From Tubulanus polymorphus (Eukaryota; Animalia; Nemertea): a stretch of DNA of 64,000 nucleotides. How positions within the stretch are numbered: the stretch's first letter is position 1; each line of letters begins with the position of its first letter. Location of the stretch: the NCBI RefSeq assembly GCF_964204645.1, contig NC_134027.1, forward strand, positions 26,622,560 to 26,686,559, in the 5' to 3' direction. A program made the translations under genes and the position numbers. This document shows, in pieces, positions 13,084-27,280 of this stretch. Under the pieces are notes generated by a model. It worked only from the letters and a program-made list of their open reading frames with translations, did no database searches and was not told the DNA's origin.

Positions 13084-15240
13084 ATGTCATTTGAACATTA
13101 AGAGCAATAAATTTCGTTTTTATACGCGCTCTCGAGCACCAGACGCCCAAACGATAACAGAATTCATCAGGAAATGGTAGTCGCATCTTTTTTAGCAGGT
13201 TTTATCAGCGGTTGATGTCAATGCGGATAAATGTCTACGTAGTTCACTGATTCAATTATTTCAAACGATATAAACCCTCAGCGGGATTAGTTGTGGAGAG
13301 ACGATAGATACAGGTATCCGAAGCATTTTTAACCGAATTATACGCGGCGCGCGCGCGCGCTAAGTTAAACCGCTTTATTCCCGACCAAATACCGCGTTTT
13401 ATCGTAATACACTTCCCTCATACTGATTGCTTCTCTTGTGATGAATAAAGATATCATTATGCATCTCTTACTAGCTTTTATTGAATATTTGACCGATGAT
13501 ATAGAATTTCGCTCGAAGGTTCGCACTCACAATCTACCTACTGTATCTAAAACAATGAGTAGATATGAAACGCGTTTAGAGTTAAATTGGTCGCGACTCG
13601 TATTTCAATCAAACCGCGGAACAATAAACACACAACACTGGTCACAGTTAGAATTCGAATTTCAATGAATGATAGAATTGATTTGTTCAATGACGCTGCT
13701 TGTGCTGCTGTTACTGGTGCTGCTGATGGTGTATTGGGGGAATATTGTAAATCGATATAAGAATTATTACACCCTGGTGGATTATTCAAGGGTTGCATCG
13801 GTCGTACTGGCTATTCACCAATACATATACATACACAAACCCGTAATGAAGACAAAATGTCAGAAATTCAAATAAATCAATTCAGTTATAATAAACTAGA
13901 TATATATATCAGATATATGCTAGAATATCCTTCTGTTTATCAATAGGTATCGATTACATTTCTTGTGTCGTGAATAATCTTTTGATTTCGTAAGATATTT
14001 CAATATTCCGTTACAACAACACTAGTATATCTGAGAATGACTATATAGGGACATAGTCGAAACGTTGAGAAATACAGTAAAAGTCCATTATAAAGCTACT
14101 TTTGGGACTGATGAAAATCATGGTAAATTTCGATGAATTTGAGATTAATTGAGCAGATAAGTTTTCTGAAAAATGTAGGCGTTAAAATGAACAGTGGGTT
14201 TAAAAACCGATGGAGTTATAATTGACTGTACATCATAAAGTAAAGGAAATGTTTGCGCTCGTTGTAGGTTTTTATCATATTTTTCCCTGTCCCTTCATGA
14301 GAGGAATGAACACAGCTCTCATCGCAGTATCAACAGTAGACTACGCTCAAGTCGGATTTATTGGGACCTAAAAATGTGTCCAACTTTAGTGATATTCAAG
14401 TTGGATATCGCGTATTTCATATATAGCTTCACAAAAAATATTTCAATAAACATCAGAGTTGAATCCAGATTTAAATGTCTCTGGTCAAAAGCAAGAAACA
14501 GACCCAGAGCCCAGTTTTGCAAAAACAAGTTCAACTCATCGACAGATTTAATTTCTTCATGGTGCCGTTTCTGGTTTAAAGCGATTTAAAGAGCAGTAAA
14601 ACAAGCCCTTAAACAAAACTAAAATGCTACATTTTAATCTATGATATAAAAAGTTTCAATGATGGAAAATAAACAATCAAAAATCGGATAGTCTTCCCAC
14701 AGAAAACTATTCTACAGTTACTGATCGTCTCCGATATAAAAACAGATAAAATGTATCAGGTCGTGATGAGTGATGTAGATGTAATGATTTATTTCTCGAG
14801 GTATAATCAACAAACCCCTGATTATTGCTACCGATAATCAGATATCATCATCTCTCCGTAAACTCACTCACACATCCGTGGTTTTCATTTCTATATAATT
14901 ATCTGTAGCTGTATTTGGTAACTCAGGGAGGGGAGGGAGGGGAGGGAGGGGAGGGAGGTGGAGGGAGGGGGAGCGAGGGGGGTTCGGCGGTCAGCTGAGA
15001 AAGTCTTAATGAGCAAAACAAATCAACACTCATTATAATATTTCGATATATCCTGTCTTCATCGTGATCATCGGTGGCTATTGTTGATAGGGAGCTGGAG
15101 AGAAGAGTTTGAGTTGATGAATCAATATACAATCGATGTACGCTTCACGAATGAAGCAAATTCCGATAGATGAAACCAAAATAATATTCTGGAAAACGTC
15201 TCGTTTGAGGAATCACCAAGATCTAAATATCCATAATTGT

Positions 15241-15396
15241 TAAAAGTTTATTCGAAATATCCCAGCATATAGAAATATTTCAGTGGTTCCTACCACCTTT
15301 AGACTGTAGAACAGTAGTCAGGTAAAAATGTCCTCTAGATTAAAGGGTGGTATATGTCCTACCTGAAATATTTCTAGTATTTCGAATAAACTTTTT
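15241..15396. mobile_element. Decayed foldback/MITE-like inverted repeat
   Basis: aaaagtttattcgaaata...agaaatatttcag...accaccttta is mirrored by taaagggtggt...ctgaaatatttct...tatttcgaataaactttt. Confidence 0.6.
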
Positions 15397-17252
15397 AGTC
15401 TTTCGACAATTGTTGGATTTTGAATTGATCGCTTCATCACAGATATCGTGATCTTACCGATTAGAGACTTTTCTTTCGAAATTTCGAGTCGATAATTGAT
15501 AACGCAGAAACTGATTTCAAATGGTGCTAGAACCTTTCAACATTCATCTAAATCACCAAATGAAAGCAGTCGCAGCAGTTTATCATTGACGATATACCGG
15601 TAAAACCAACTATTGAAATGAAAATTTTTTTCATTTCCTGAACGAGCATTAAGGGGATATTTTCAGGTTAGAAGATGTAAATACCTCGATACAGCACTGA
15701 TTTCAAGTGGTGCTAGATAATGATTATATATACATATACACTCTACCCGCCACTAGAGACCAGTCTATAAAGAGGTTGAATATATCGTCAAATCCTGTAA
15801 TTACCTAACTGTATGAATTATAGATTTACGTTTTATAGCCAGCAGCAGCAGCAGCAGCAGCGCCGGGATTGGATTAGATCGTAAAAATCACTTTCGAGAC
15901 TACAACCTCCCCGAACCTCTCCGTAAAACCATTCCGGTACGCGAGAAATCTTAATTATCATGTTTTGTCACGCGATATAACGAATCATCATCGAAATGTC
16001 CGCGTGTAATGGAACTTAAATGAACATTCAGGTCATAGACAATCTGTCACTATAACAAAATACAGAATATAGTATCCATGTAGCACGTGGTGACAGCTGT
16101 TGTTCAGAGAGAGAGAGACAATCAACCGTCCAGATTGCGTCGGCGGCCATGTTGACTTTTAAATCACCTGGATAAATACCAGCGGCGTAAAGATAAGTAT
16201 TACGGGACGTTACATTGGAAATAAGATCGATTTAGAATGAAACAAAACCCCGGAATCTAACGACACGCGTCCGGTAATGAACATCGATTTAGAAATTATA
16301 TTTACCCCTAGAACGTTTAGAAACGGTTGAAGTCTTCGCATCAACGGATCGTTCGCGCCAATCGCAATATTTTGACATTTTCTTTTCTGTTCGATTGAAA
16401 TCCGATGATGATGAGATCGGTCGTTACGGTTGATGTTAAAGAGAGAATTCCTTTAATGTCTCGATGAGAGCAGCCAGCAGCATCATCACCACCATCAGCA
16501 GCAGCAGCAGCAGCAGCAGCAGCGGGAGAATGTGACACAGCTACCTGTAACCCGCACATCTCTGTCTCTCTCTCTCTCTCTCAATACTTGTATAGTAGTG
16601 ATGAAACATATTGTTAATATTGACTGGTTCTCTCTCCTCTCTCTCCGCTACTGCTGCCTGCCGCCTAACTGACTGACCATTATTACCATGGCAATGTTGC
16701 CACACGACACACACACATACATACAATGGAAGCTGGATTCAGTTTGTAATTACATCAGCAGCAGTTAGCGATGAATAGCAATAATTCATTCATTCATTCA
16801 GCTATAGTCCCATACACCGTGCACCATACCCCTCGTCCGTCCGTCCATCTGCCTGAACCGCTGCTGCCTGGCGATTCAACAATCATCCCGCGATCAACAA
16901 TGAGTTACAAATCTTAAGAAAGTGCACTTTTATCCTCACCGAAATCCTGTAGATAATGAAAACCCCGCCTCCCGATTCACCAATTATAACGCAGTCGTAT
17001 TAATTATGTTAGCTTCGCAGTCGTATTAATTATGTTAGCTTCGTGATTAAAGGTGCTCAATGACCGGTGGGTTGACGGGTTACACAATACCGCGTAACAT
17101 CATTAAAATTCCCGCATCAATCGATGAGTCGTACAAGAAAACTATTCTTCTTGATCTATGAACATTTGGCTCGCGACGCGACGTACATCGTTTTCTAGTT
17201 TTATCTTAGTTATACGGTTTATAACGAGTCAAGTCGGATACTAAAGAAATTA

Positions 17253-17472
17253 GGCTAGAAACAAAAATGATACCTTGTTTCTCCGCAGCGGCCGGGTCAT
17301 TTTTGTTAAATATAATATAATTTGTAATCAGTTCATTTCTATAGCGGCCGGGTCTGTTATGGTTAGCTTGATCACGATTTTTTAAAAAGTAATGTACAGT
17401 GTAGATAGGCGGCCGACAGGGTCAACTTTACAGCTCGACAGAAATGAGAAACAAGGTATCATTTTTTTAGCC
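17253..17472. mobile_element. PIF/Harbinger-type MITE
   Basis: TIRs ggctagaaacaaaaatgataccttgtttctc / gagaaacaaggtatcatttttttagcc, flanked by 3-bp TTA on both sides. Confidence 0.8.
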
Positions 17473-20400
17473 TTATTATCCAATTTTCATGCGTAGAAGT
17501 ATTGGACATTTCAAACTACACGTGAAACTCGCCAGATTTTCATTTAATTCGAATGAAATGTTTGCTCCATTTAACCTGGAATCCACGTTAAATATTATTC
17601 ATAATTCAGATTTTATTTCATTAGAAGAAATCTGGCCGCAATCCCTAATCATCCGTATTATAGTGAGTGAGCTCTACTGTTATAAATACAATCATATTTT
17701 CTACCGAGCTTCCACACTTCACTTAAGAGTAGTTAAATACCTACTTAAACATCACATTATGTGACATAATAGAATTGATAATAGAGTAAAACATCAGCAG
17801 AAATGCTCGTTATAAAGAAAAGTCTTAGAGAATTTTTCTAAAAGTTTCGATATCGACGCAGTTTCTAATGAAATGGTTTTGTCTCTAAAATGTTGATTAG
17901 ATTTTAATGCATTTGGAAACTGATGAAATTTGAAACCAGTGAATGTGATATGTGAATTAATACAGCTGTCCAGCTGAGAGGATGATGACCAATCTATTAT
18001 AACGCACAGTATGAGTGACGAACGAACGTCTTCTAATAAGATGAGACCGACTATGAATGCATGAGTTCATACTCATAATGACAACCCGTGTATTTATAGC
18101 CAAAACCTTTATAGAGAGAGGGTCACAGATATCATAGCAGCATTTCATGAAACTATACTAGAACTTGCTTAATGCTGATTTTCATTTACTTCATATGAAA
18201 TATTTGGAACTATTTAAACTATAGGCCTAATTCATAATTCGGATTCTATTCATTCCCAACAAGTCATCGAAATAAACTCGCTTTATTCAGATTTCTCAAT
18301 CTGGATTCTCAATTACTTTGGATCAAATATTTGATCCATTCAACCAGGAACTGTTTAAACTATTATTCATAACTCAGATTTACCTTAGAAATCTTAAGCA
18401 GTCTGCAGTCGAAATTGAGTGAGTTCTACTGTGTTTTTCAGAGAAACTTCATTCGAAGTCGATTCAGTCGTTTGGCTGTTTATAATGAATAATTGAACTG
18501 CAGTATGAATATAAAATGAGCGTCACACTGTTACTATCGGTTTCTACTGTCAACTATTGCAAAATTTATCAGCGAATGTCAAGTGCCACATAATCAGCGC
18601 AAGTCGCATCTTCATCGAAACTTGTTGATGACATTAACATGGAAGATCGGCATCGAGAAAGATTTTATTTCAACGTGCGAATGATAAATTCTATAGAATA
18701 TTCGGGGTTAGATGTACTTAATGCACGAGGTGGGGGTAATGTTATATCGATTACGACACAGATGAAGTGTTGCATCGCGAGGCCTATCGACGATAAAACG
18801 TTATTGTCTACTATCTCCGGGGTAATAAAAGATAACAGTTAAAAAGTGATCACACGCGGGACATGAAAACAGAATCGCGCGAAGAACCGTTTTAAGGTTA
18901 CAACAGCTGAAGATCAAAGGTTGTAATATCTACAGGTATCAGAGATGGAAAGTATGAAGACTATTGATTTCGATACAATGAAAGAAAGATTGTTGATAAT
19001 ATCGCGATGCGTCTCTGGTTCACGTCGATATTGCGCACGGGAGTATCGATTGTAATGATTAATTATCTACGAAGCTACAACAATAAGAGACTGCGATACC
19101 GTGGTGATGACTGACTGCGACGCACAGCGAGTCGCGTGCTATATTCATTCATTCATTATCTCGGTTCCGTTTTATAATCAGATATAAGTGAACTCAACCA
19201 AATGTTAATTTATACTTTCACCATCTCATCTTGCCCCCCTCCTGACCCTCCTCCTCCTGCCCCCCTCTGCTCCTGCACCCTCCCCTCCAACCCCCATCCC
19301 TTCCTGCAGCCTAATCTGATAATGATGATTAAAATACTGGTGATACAGCATTAGACATTTATATTAGAAAATTTTTATAAAAGAACTTGGAAATTGATTT
19401 AATTGATTACTTTTATATTTTTCTCCACACTTGGGTTTTAGAAGGGCTGCATTCATTGTTTAGTATATTACATCATAGTACTGAAGAAGCAAACCTTTTG
19501 ATCAATAAAAAAGATATATAAAATTAAGCTTGACTTTATTTTCCAGATATAGACTTCCGATATGAAAATAACTCACTACTTTACAACGCAATTGACATTG
19601 CAAGCATAGCTCGATTGACAACAAATTAAAATAGGGGCAGCAGATATTTTTACAGGAAGGGGAGTGCTGATTTTCATGGAACACAGTTAAGGGAATGGCT
19701 CAGATAAAGCGGCCACGCTGAGGCCTTGAACTGCGTTTCCCCATTGGTGTTTTTGAAGATATCCATCCCAAAAGATTTCTCGGAGGATCATTGTGTCTTG
19801 CCAACTCAACCTCAATGTAGCAATTTAGGGCGGAGAGATCTGAAATTTGAGTAGTTCCGAGATTTTTCTGATATGATTAAAGGCACAGCAGGCGGGTCAA
19901 CAATAATGATGTAGGGAATCGAGCAGCTGTAACAATAAATACTGAAACTATCTTAACTTCTGGGGCTTTTTCAAATTCATCACTCATCATCTGTTCTTGT
20001 AGTAAACTTTTTTGTAGTTGCGCTGCGGCTATATATTATATAGCCAAATAAGATTTTACAGTGTTATACTACTGTTATGCCGAATTCATTCATTAAAATG
20101 TTTGGAATATACAATCAACCAATAAAAATCAGCTTTATAAATAGACAACAAGTCAACGTATCATTATTTATTTTCTAACAAAATTTTCGAAAAATTGAAT
20201 TAATTTGATTTTGTTAATTCAAATTGTTATGAATTGATTTTGAATGAAGAAGTCTTCTTCATTCAATTCAATTTATGTTAGTAAACCATTGTGAAATCAT
20301 GGGCATAAAGGGACACAAACTACATTTGAGTGTTTCATGATCCACAACAATAACCTGAGAATTTAACAAAAACGAATATCTACCATTATCCGACGATCTT

Positions 20401-20639
20401 CAATCATTGAAGCGTGAGGATTTAGTGGTGAGCAGATTTTGAGTTGATGTCATCCACCATTTTGTTTACCGATGTCAGCGCTGAATTCATAGCCCAGAAC
20501 GCTTCACTTTATAGCAGATCTTAGATTATCAGTTAGGGAACCAAAAATAGCGAATTAACTAATTATTTTATTGTTTTAACTGCATTTGATAATAATTTTT
20601 CATTTTCGTGGCTTTTTATTGCGAAATTGAACATTGACG

Positions 20640-20810
20640 AATCTTGCGCGCACTTGCATCGTCACCATGACTACTATTTGACTATCAGTTGCGAGCACGA
20701 TTCCAAGTCCTAGTCCGCTGTTGATAAGTGTTTCAGCCTCACAGTCCAACTGCCGACAATTAGTTTCCAATTGAAGATGGCGCTGCTGTATAAAGGTAAA
20801 TTCAAGGTAA
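20640..20810 (+). promoter_or_regulatory. Probable NKIRAS promoter and non-coding first exon
   Basis: CpG-containing stretch with a YY1-type aagatggcg motif at about 20773, followed by gtaaat donors (20796, 20807). The next acceptor (gttttag, about 21257) precedes the ATG exon. Confidence 0.5.
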
Positions 20811-21315
20811 ATTTATTGAATTTGACAGTTCACCATTTGACAAGTGACAAAATCAAGGTGTTTACGTACGGGTTGGGGCCTACAGATGAATTAGGTGCTC
20901 TTTTTTGGTAAGAAACAAAAATCCCAAATCTATTTTCAATCCTACAACTTGTTTTATTGAATGATAGCTGAGAAATTGACTAAAAATTACAAAAATTAAC
21001 TTGCTCAGATTCAGATTGAATTCACTCAATAATGAAAATTCATATAATCATGCGCATGATTTTAATGAAAAACCTTAAGGGTTTTTTTGGTGAAAAACTA
21101 GGTCTAGGGTCAACCAAACTTAGTTTCAGGGAAGGCTGTGTAATCAGTAACCTGTCTGGGCGTTGTTGGTATAAAAGCTTACCACCACAAATTAGGTAAG
21201 TAACTAGATCTTGTGGAAGTCTATATCCTAATCAAGATATTGTTTGGTATGTTTTAGTTTGAACTGAGGTGAACTGAAGCTTCATATATCATCATCAATC
21301 AATCAATCTTCAATC

Positions 21316-24300
21316 ATGGGTAAAACAAGTAAAGTGACTGTTTTAGGAGCGACTTCGACGGGTAAAACTGCTATCATCGAACAGTTGATATTCGGTAACC
21401 ACATCATAGGAACTGTAAGTATTCGATACCAATCAATAATTATCAGTTGTGATATTAATGAATTTTTACTGATAAGTTTTTGTTAAACCTCCCAAACAGA
21501 GGCTGGAACAGATTTCTCAAATTTGAGACTTTTTTCAGTTTTAAAGCGATTTTATTTATTTTTCTATAGAAAGATGATGAATTTGCTGATCAGGTAGTTT
21601 TTATATTATAACTATACAGTAGAACCTGCTTAATTCACAAACTCATTTATGTTTAATGTCATATTGATAACCATTGATAAAACACTCCTAGTCCGTGGTC
21701 TGAGGATAATAGAAAATCCCACAAAAGTAATAAGTCTGAAATGTTTCCTTGAACTAGTAGTTTATGATTCAAGGTACTGAAGATGAGTATTAGGATATAT
21801 TCAACATTTTGAATGAAATTAGAACAAAGAAATATTTCAGACTCTATTTTATTCTTGGTGTGTGATTTTCTAAATTTTCATATTTGAACTTGAAAGAAAT
21901 TTAAGGCACCGGGTACCTCCTGGCAGACCCTTGTAAAAGTACGTAGGTTCTTCTGCTGATATAAATAGTTGTTTTTTTGTTTTTGTCTTCTCGGAAATCA
22001 CAAATAAGGAAACCAGAAATGCTATTCAGCAGTTAGCAATGTTAAACCCTATCAATGCTATGTCTCTCTTCATTCTGCTTGAAATATCTGGATTCAGTCA
22101 ATATGACCGAAAAGGAAAGTTTTAAAAGAACAGCTTTTCAGTTTTTGTAGAGAAGTTGAATTTTAAATCATCATATTTTTTACACAAGTTACATGTAGAA
22201 CCTTCTTCTCAAATTCATCTGCCCCGCCCGTTGTTTTAAGGGTTTAAGTCAGGTGGTAAGATTTGATTTGTAAATGAATCATTTTTTGCGCAATACTGAA
22301 CTCATTTCCACTTTAAATCAATGTTCAAAATTGTTTCTGGAATCTTGTCTTTTCTATTCTCCTTATACGTGTATTTCAAATTGACTCATATCATTGAAAA
22401 TCATCTAATTCTTTTAGAATAATTTGTCATCTTCCATACATTTACACTATATTCTCATCTTATATAAATGAAGCTTAAAAATCGATATGATCTTTAATCA
22501 GATGAAGCAGGATGAATTTTTGAAGTAATTCTAAATGTTATCTATAAACTACAGGATGTAAAGGGTTGCAGGGATTTCGGTATATATCACTAGCTATCCG
22601 ATACGCTTTATTTGTGAGCTAGTAAAGTATTATTCTATGGAGCAGTTCCTACCAATATCACAGCGTCGACACAGCTTTGAATGTTGTTGAATTCGGAGTT
22701 CCCCACATCCGATTCCACCTACCGGAAGATTACCTGTATCAAACAAATACATTTACCATTTACAGAGTCAAATTTCTATGAAAAAAAGCAATATTTGAAT
22801 CCATTATATTATCTACAGTCGAACCAGTTTGATCTGGATCATTCGTTCAGGACCAATAAATGAAATTCATCGAAATATTTTCAAATAGATGAATGAGTCG
22901 AACTTGATCAATTTTCAATATGAAATACATGGAAGTCTTTGGATAAAATACGAAATTAAACCCATTAAATTTGGTTTATGCAGGAACGATGAAATTCATC
23001 AAATTTATGAGAAATCATATTTTAGTGTTGCATACATTCATGTATAAATGGACTGTAAGAAAATAATAAGTGGATTACTTATAGAATTAAATGATATCTG
23101 TATCCATGGTCAAAATTCGGATTAAACGAGTTTGAATATAAACTCAGTTTCTATACGATATCTCTGTAAATTGTAGCCAACTTTCTCAACAATTGAAGAC
23201 ACGTATGTCGCAATGATCGAGACCGATCGAGGCGTCAAAGAAAAAGTCCGATTTTACGACACCGCTGGATTGGTAAGAAACAACAAACGGACTGAATCCT
23301 CCTTTACAGTATTTGCAGATTTATCTCCTCAAATTGATTATAATTTTGTAGGATCTGATGAAACCCGAGGTACCGAAACATCATATAGCAGTCAGTGACG
23401 TAAGTACTAATTATAGGCAAAGTTAAGTTGTACAACTTTTGGTGGCTTTTTCTTGTGTCGCTCCCAGAATTTTGAAGTTACATTTTCACCCGACAACTTC
23501 TGGCAATGTCTGTTGTAGAGTTTAAGTCATTCACTGAAACACAGATCTTCAGATCACAGATCTTCAATGCACATTTTTCCTTGGAGGAGAGCATTTGAAC
23601 TTTTGTTTTACAATGTAATTACTGTGCTATATAAATTAAAATTATTATTATCATTATTATTATTATTATTATTATTTTAATTATTATTAACAGGGATACG
23701 TTTTAGTGTATGATATCAGTATGATAGAAACATTTCGCTGTATTGAAAAAGTGAAGAAGGAAATTGATCGCGGTCGCGACAAAAAATCTGAAGTAAGTTG
23801 GATACAAGTTATTATTCTTCGAACGTGATATATCATTTTGCTTCAGACCTGTGCGGGTTACTCTGCAACATCAACTGAACTGAAAAATGTGTTCAATCCG
23901 ATAAATAGTGATCGATTGATTTATTTGCAGGGATTCATTCTTGCTCTCGGTAATAAATCAGATATGGATAAAACGAGAGAAGTTGAATATACAGTCGCAC
24001 AAAAATGGGCCCAAAAAGAGAAAGGTGAGTTTATCTACTGTCAGCGCCTCAGATCGATTCAGTAGATTCCTCTCAACTCAAATTCAGACGAAACCCGAAT
24101 CTCGGAGCAACCGTGAATTAGATTCCAACTGAAATTATCACGTAGATCGTAACAGAAATCACTTGTCTCGGATCTGAGTGAGAATGAGTCAGCTGTCTAC
24201 TGTATTTGAATACATCTTTAAGATGATCATTTACTGGTTCAATTTGTAGTGAAACTATTTGAAGTAAGCGTCACTAATCGTCAGTCTCTGATCGAAGGGT

Positions 24301-24478
24301 TCGTTTGGTTAGCCTCGAAGATGAATCAACCTAAAGGTAAATTTAGGTCACACTTTTAATCAATGAGTGATTTTTGCAATTCAGTAGCGATCAATATGTT
24401 GTTGTTGAACTTTCAGAGAAAAGCACATTTGGTATCGGTAAAAAGAAGGCACCACCAACATCTAGTGTTGATACATAA
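21316..24478 (+). CDS. NKIRAS: NF-kappaB inhibitor-interacting Ras-like protein (kappaB-Ras)
   Basis: Exons 21316-21414, 23177-23272, 23352-23399, 23694-23792, 23931-24024, 24250-24336 and 24417-24478 give MGKTSKVTVLGATSTGKTAIIEQLIFGNH...TIEDTY..IETDRGVKEKVRFYDTAGL...LGNKSD...WAQKEKVKLFEVSV. Leu at the Ras Q61 position and the absence of a CaaX box are kappaB-Ras hallmarks. Confidence 0.93.
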
Positions 24479-24777
24479 TACAACAGTGAATACTTCCGAT
24501 AATTTGTAAATTTGTACAGAACAAAATACTCTTTAAAATTGATTATATTTTTACGTTACTGTCATGTACTGGTCTCGTTAGGGACCAATTAAACCTAGTC
24601 AATTAAATGTTCAACTAAATTCAAATAAAAGATTATTAATTGAAATTGAGAGCCTACTTTTTGATTTGAATTCATGGTGTTTTAGCTTTATGCAGGTATC
24701 AATCTAGTGTTCTGCAGCCCCTTGGACATTCTATCACCATTCTCCCAACTTTTGGATGTCCACACAATTTAGTTCCA

Positions 24778-24906
24778 GGGCCCAGTTTCACGAAAAGGTG
24801 TAAGCCTAACAGTTTAAGTTTGAATTGTTGTCCTCATTGAAGAAATGAAGTAACCAATAGCGATTACACCAAAAATTTGAGTTAAACTTTTTTGTGAAAC
24901 TGGGCT
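24778..24906. mobile_element. Short palindromic MITE (gggcccagtttcac...gtgaaactgggc family)
   Basis: TIRs are visible. Sister copies occur at about 31006-31116 and 44388-44498. Related ccagttccacagttgtgagtt and ccagttgctcaaaagttgg subfamilies occur at about 11411-11597, 30240, 30799-30903, 36326-36460, 55143-55293, 57038-57130 and 63708-63766. Confidence 0.8.
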
Positions 24907-25013
24907 TAGGTTCCAGATCGACTAGGTGTTTAAGATCGCTTTCAGCGTTTCGAAAGCAAAAAATATAAATAAAAAAACACAATTACATGAGTACAATATA
25001 AAACGTTTATTAA

Positions 25014-27280
25014 CTAAACTTCTACAGATTTGTACGTTCGAAATGCTTTGCTATTAATCTGTCGAAGTATTGTACCTAATTGTTTACCGGGTCCTAGTTC
25101 ATACGTCGAAGGAAAACTCTGTCCTTGATCGCGCGAATAAAGAACATGCATAGTCTGTTCCCACTTGACCGGTTTATAAACCTGCGACACTAGGTGATGA
25201 ACTAACGATTTCTGATTGGCTCGTTTTGCCGTCACGTTATTGTGAACTGATATAAGAGGTTTATTGATTTGTATATTATTCAATGCTGATTTTAAAGGCT
25301 GTTTCACATCGATCATTAAATCCGTATGAAACGCTCCACTCACTGGTAACATCTTCATGCGACGAATTCCGAATATCTTCGCGTTTGCTTTTATAAATTC
25401 CAGAGCCTGAAAAATATACATAACTCACGTTACCAATTGTCGATGTTTATCATGAAGATATGCAAAAGCGCTTTACATTAAAACAATTTCAAAGCCCTTT
25501 ACAAAAAATACATTTTAAAAAAGTGACGAACCATAAAACTATATGAATAAAGATGTGTTTAGAGCACGCTATAAAGAACTCCACTGAACATCAGTTTTCA
25601 ATATCTATTAACAATTAATTCAAGGTGCAGAGATGATCATGAACGATAGAACTCTGAGGTCGCAGTCGCTCAAAAGTTGGTAAAGAGTTAACTGGTGGAC
25701 AAATATAGTAACCAACTATCGAGCAACTGAACTCAGACCGATAAAGTGATTCAATGAAACAGACTTGAAACCCAAGCAGAATTTTTGATAGATAACGAAA
25801 ACTGAATAAGATGTGGTCACCTCAATATTTCCAGCTACAACTTTAGCTTCCGGGCACAAATAGTTCGCGATTCGACAAACTGGGTTTTCTATGTTCCGCT
25901 TTTTCTTGCAATATTCAGTCGCCACTTGACAGGCGTATCCAACTTGAGTTTCAGCACCGCAAAATACAGACATCATTCCACCAGCTACCGCTTCAGATGC
26001 CGCCTGCATCTGCTCGCCGCGAAGTTTCACAATATTCAAAGCTGCAAGAATTCATTTTGAAAACATAGAAATGCAATGACCAATAGCGAGAGACGATAGG
26101 GGATTTAAATCCATGTAAGGAGGAGGGTCAAATATTGGCTACTTCTCCCTACATACATAATGCTCACACACAACAATATTCAAATCCAAGAAATTCAAGA
26201 AAATGATTTGGTCATCCTCCAAATCAGATATATCGCAAAGAGTACAAGTTTCATCTATTATCAAATAGATTCATCCTCTACCCGCTTTTCATCATGGAGG
26301 GGACAGAAAGATGAGGAATATATGGCCTATGAATGTCCCATGGGGTAAAATGAGGTATGTTCTGCAGAATCAAGCGCAATATCACAGAAACACTAAGTTT
26401 CATCCATCATTAAATGGACTTTATTATAGATGAACCCTACACTTGGAGCTTTTCATCAAAAGGGGGACAAAAGGGGTGGTATGTTGAAAATATGGTATAT
26501 GATAAATCTATGAATACAAACCATCTTCGAATTCGAGCATTCCACTGAATACTAAAGCTGCATATTCACCGACACTGAATCCAGCAGTCGCGACGCATTT
26601 ATCAATCACCTGAAATAACACCAGATATATCAGAAACAGTTCACACATTTACTAACTTCAAATTCAAGCCTTAAACTTACCGAGGGCAAATCATCTCTCA
26701 ACTTCTCCAACGCAGCCAAAGACGTAACGAAAACTGCAGGTTGACAGAATTCCGTTTTATCAAGTTTCTCTTTCGGTCCATTCAAACACAAGTTCAATAA
26801 ATCGTACCCCAATATTTCGCTTGAGAGTTCGTATAACTTTTTAACATTCGGATATTGTAACAGTTTTTTACCCATACCGACAAACTGACTTCCTTGACCG
26901 GGAAACAGTAAAATAGAAGTATCTTTTGGATCGGCTCTGGGTCTATACGCGTATCTCTGCTGTAAGCGCTGTTTTTTTCTTCTCGCGAAATCAGACAGGA
27001 AATCATCTCGATTTTGGGGATCATCAGTTTCTACACTATAATCATTATTGGTATTCATTAAGTTTAAAATGTCTTCACTATTTTCATTGGGCGCGCGTTC
27101 AGTCTGGCGTTCTTGTTGTTCTACTTGTTGGTAGCGTCCGGTTCCGGCTCTTCGCCGCAAATCGCGGTTTTGTTGTAAAACGACACAAGATTGCCATAAT
27201 TTACCACATATCACCGCAGGAACGCCTTGGCTGGCACTGCATGCTCCCCGTCCACACAAAAGTTCTCTTAATCTTATCAT
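25014..27280 (-). CDS. MCAT: Mitochondrial malonyl-CoA:ACP transacylase
   Basis: Exons 27280-26681, 26609-26522, 26041-25821 and 25406-25014 give LLFPGQGSQFVGMG, QPAVFVTSLAA, the catalytic GFSVGEYAALV, VSGAFHT and ELGPGKQLG. The Arg-rich N-terminus is consistent with a targeting peptide. Confidence 0.95.

Noticed and set aside
13669-13875. 68-aa ORF with a hydrophobic stretch (possible micropeptide)
   Set aside because: The Leu run derives from (ctg)n-like low complexity, with no recognisable homology or splice support. It cannot be supported without ribosome profiling.
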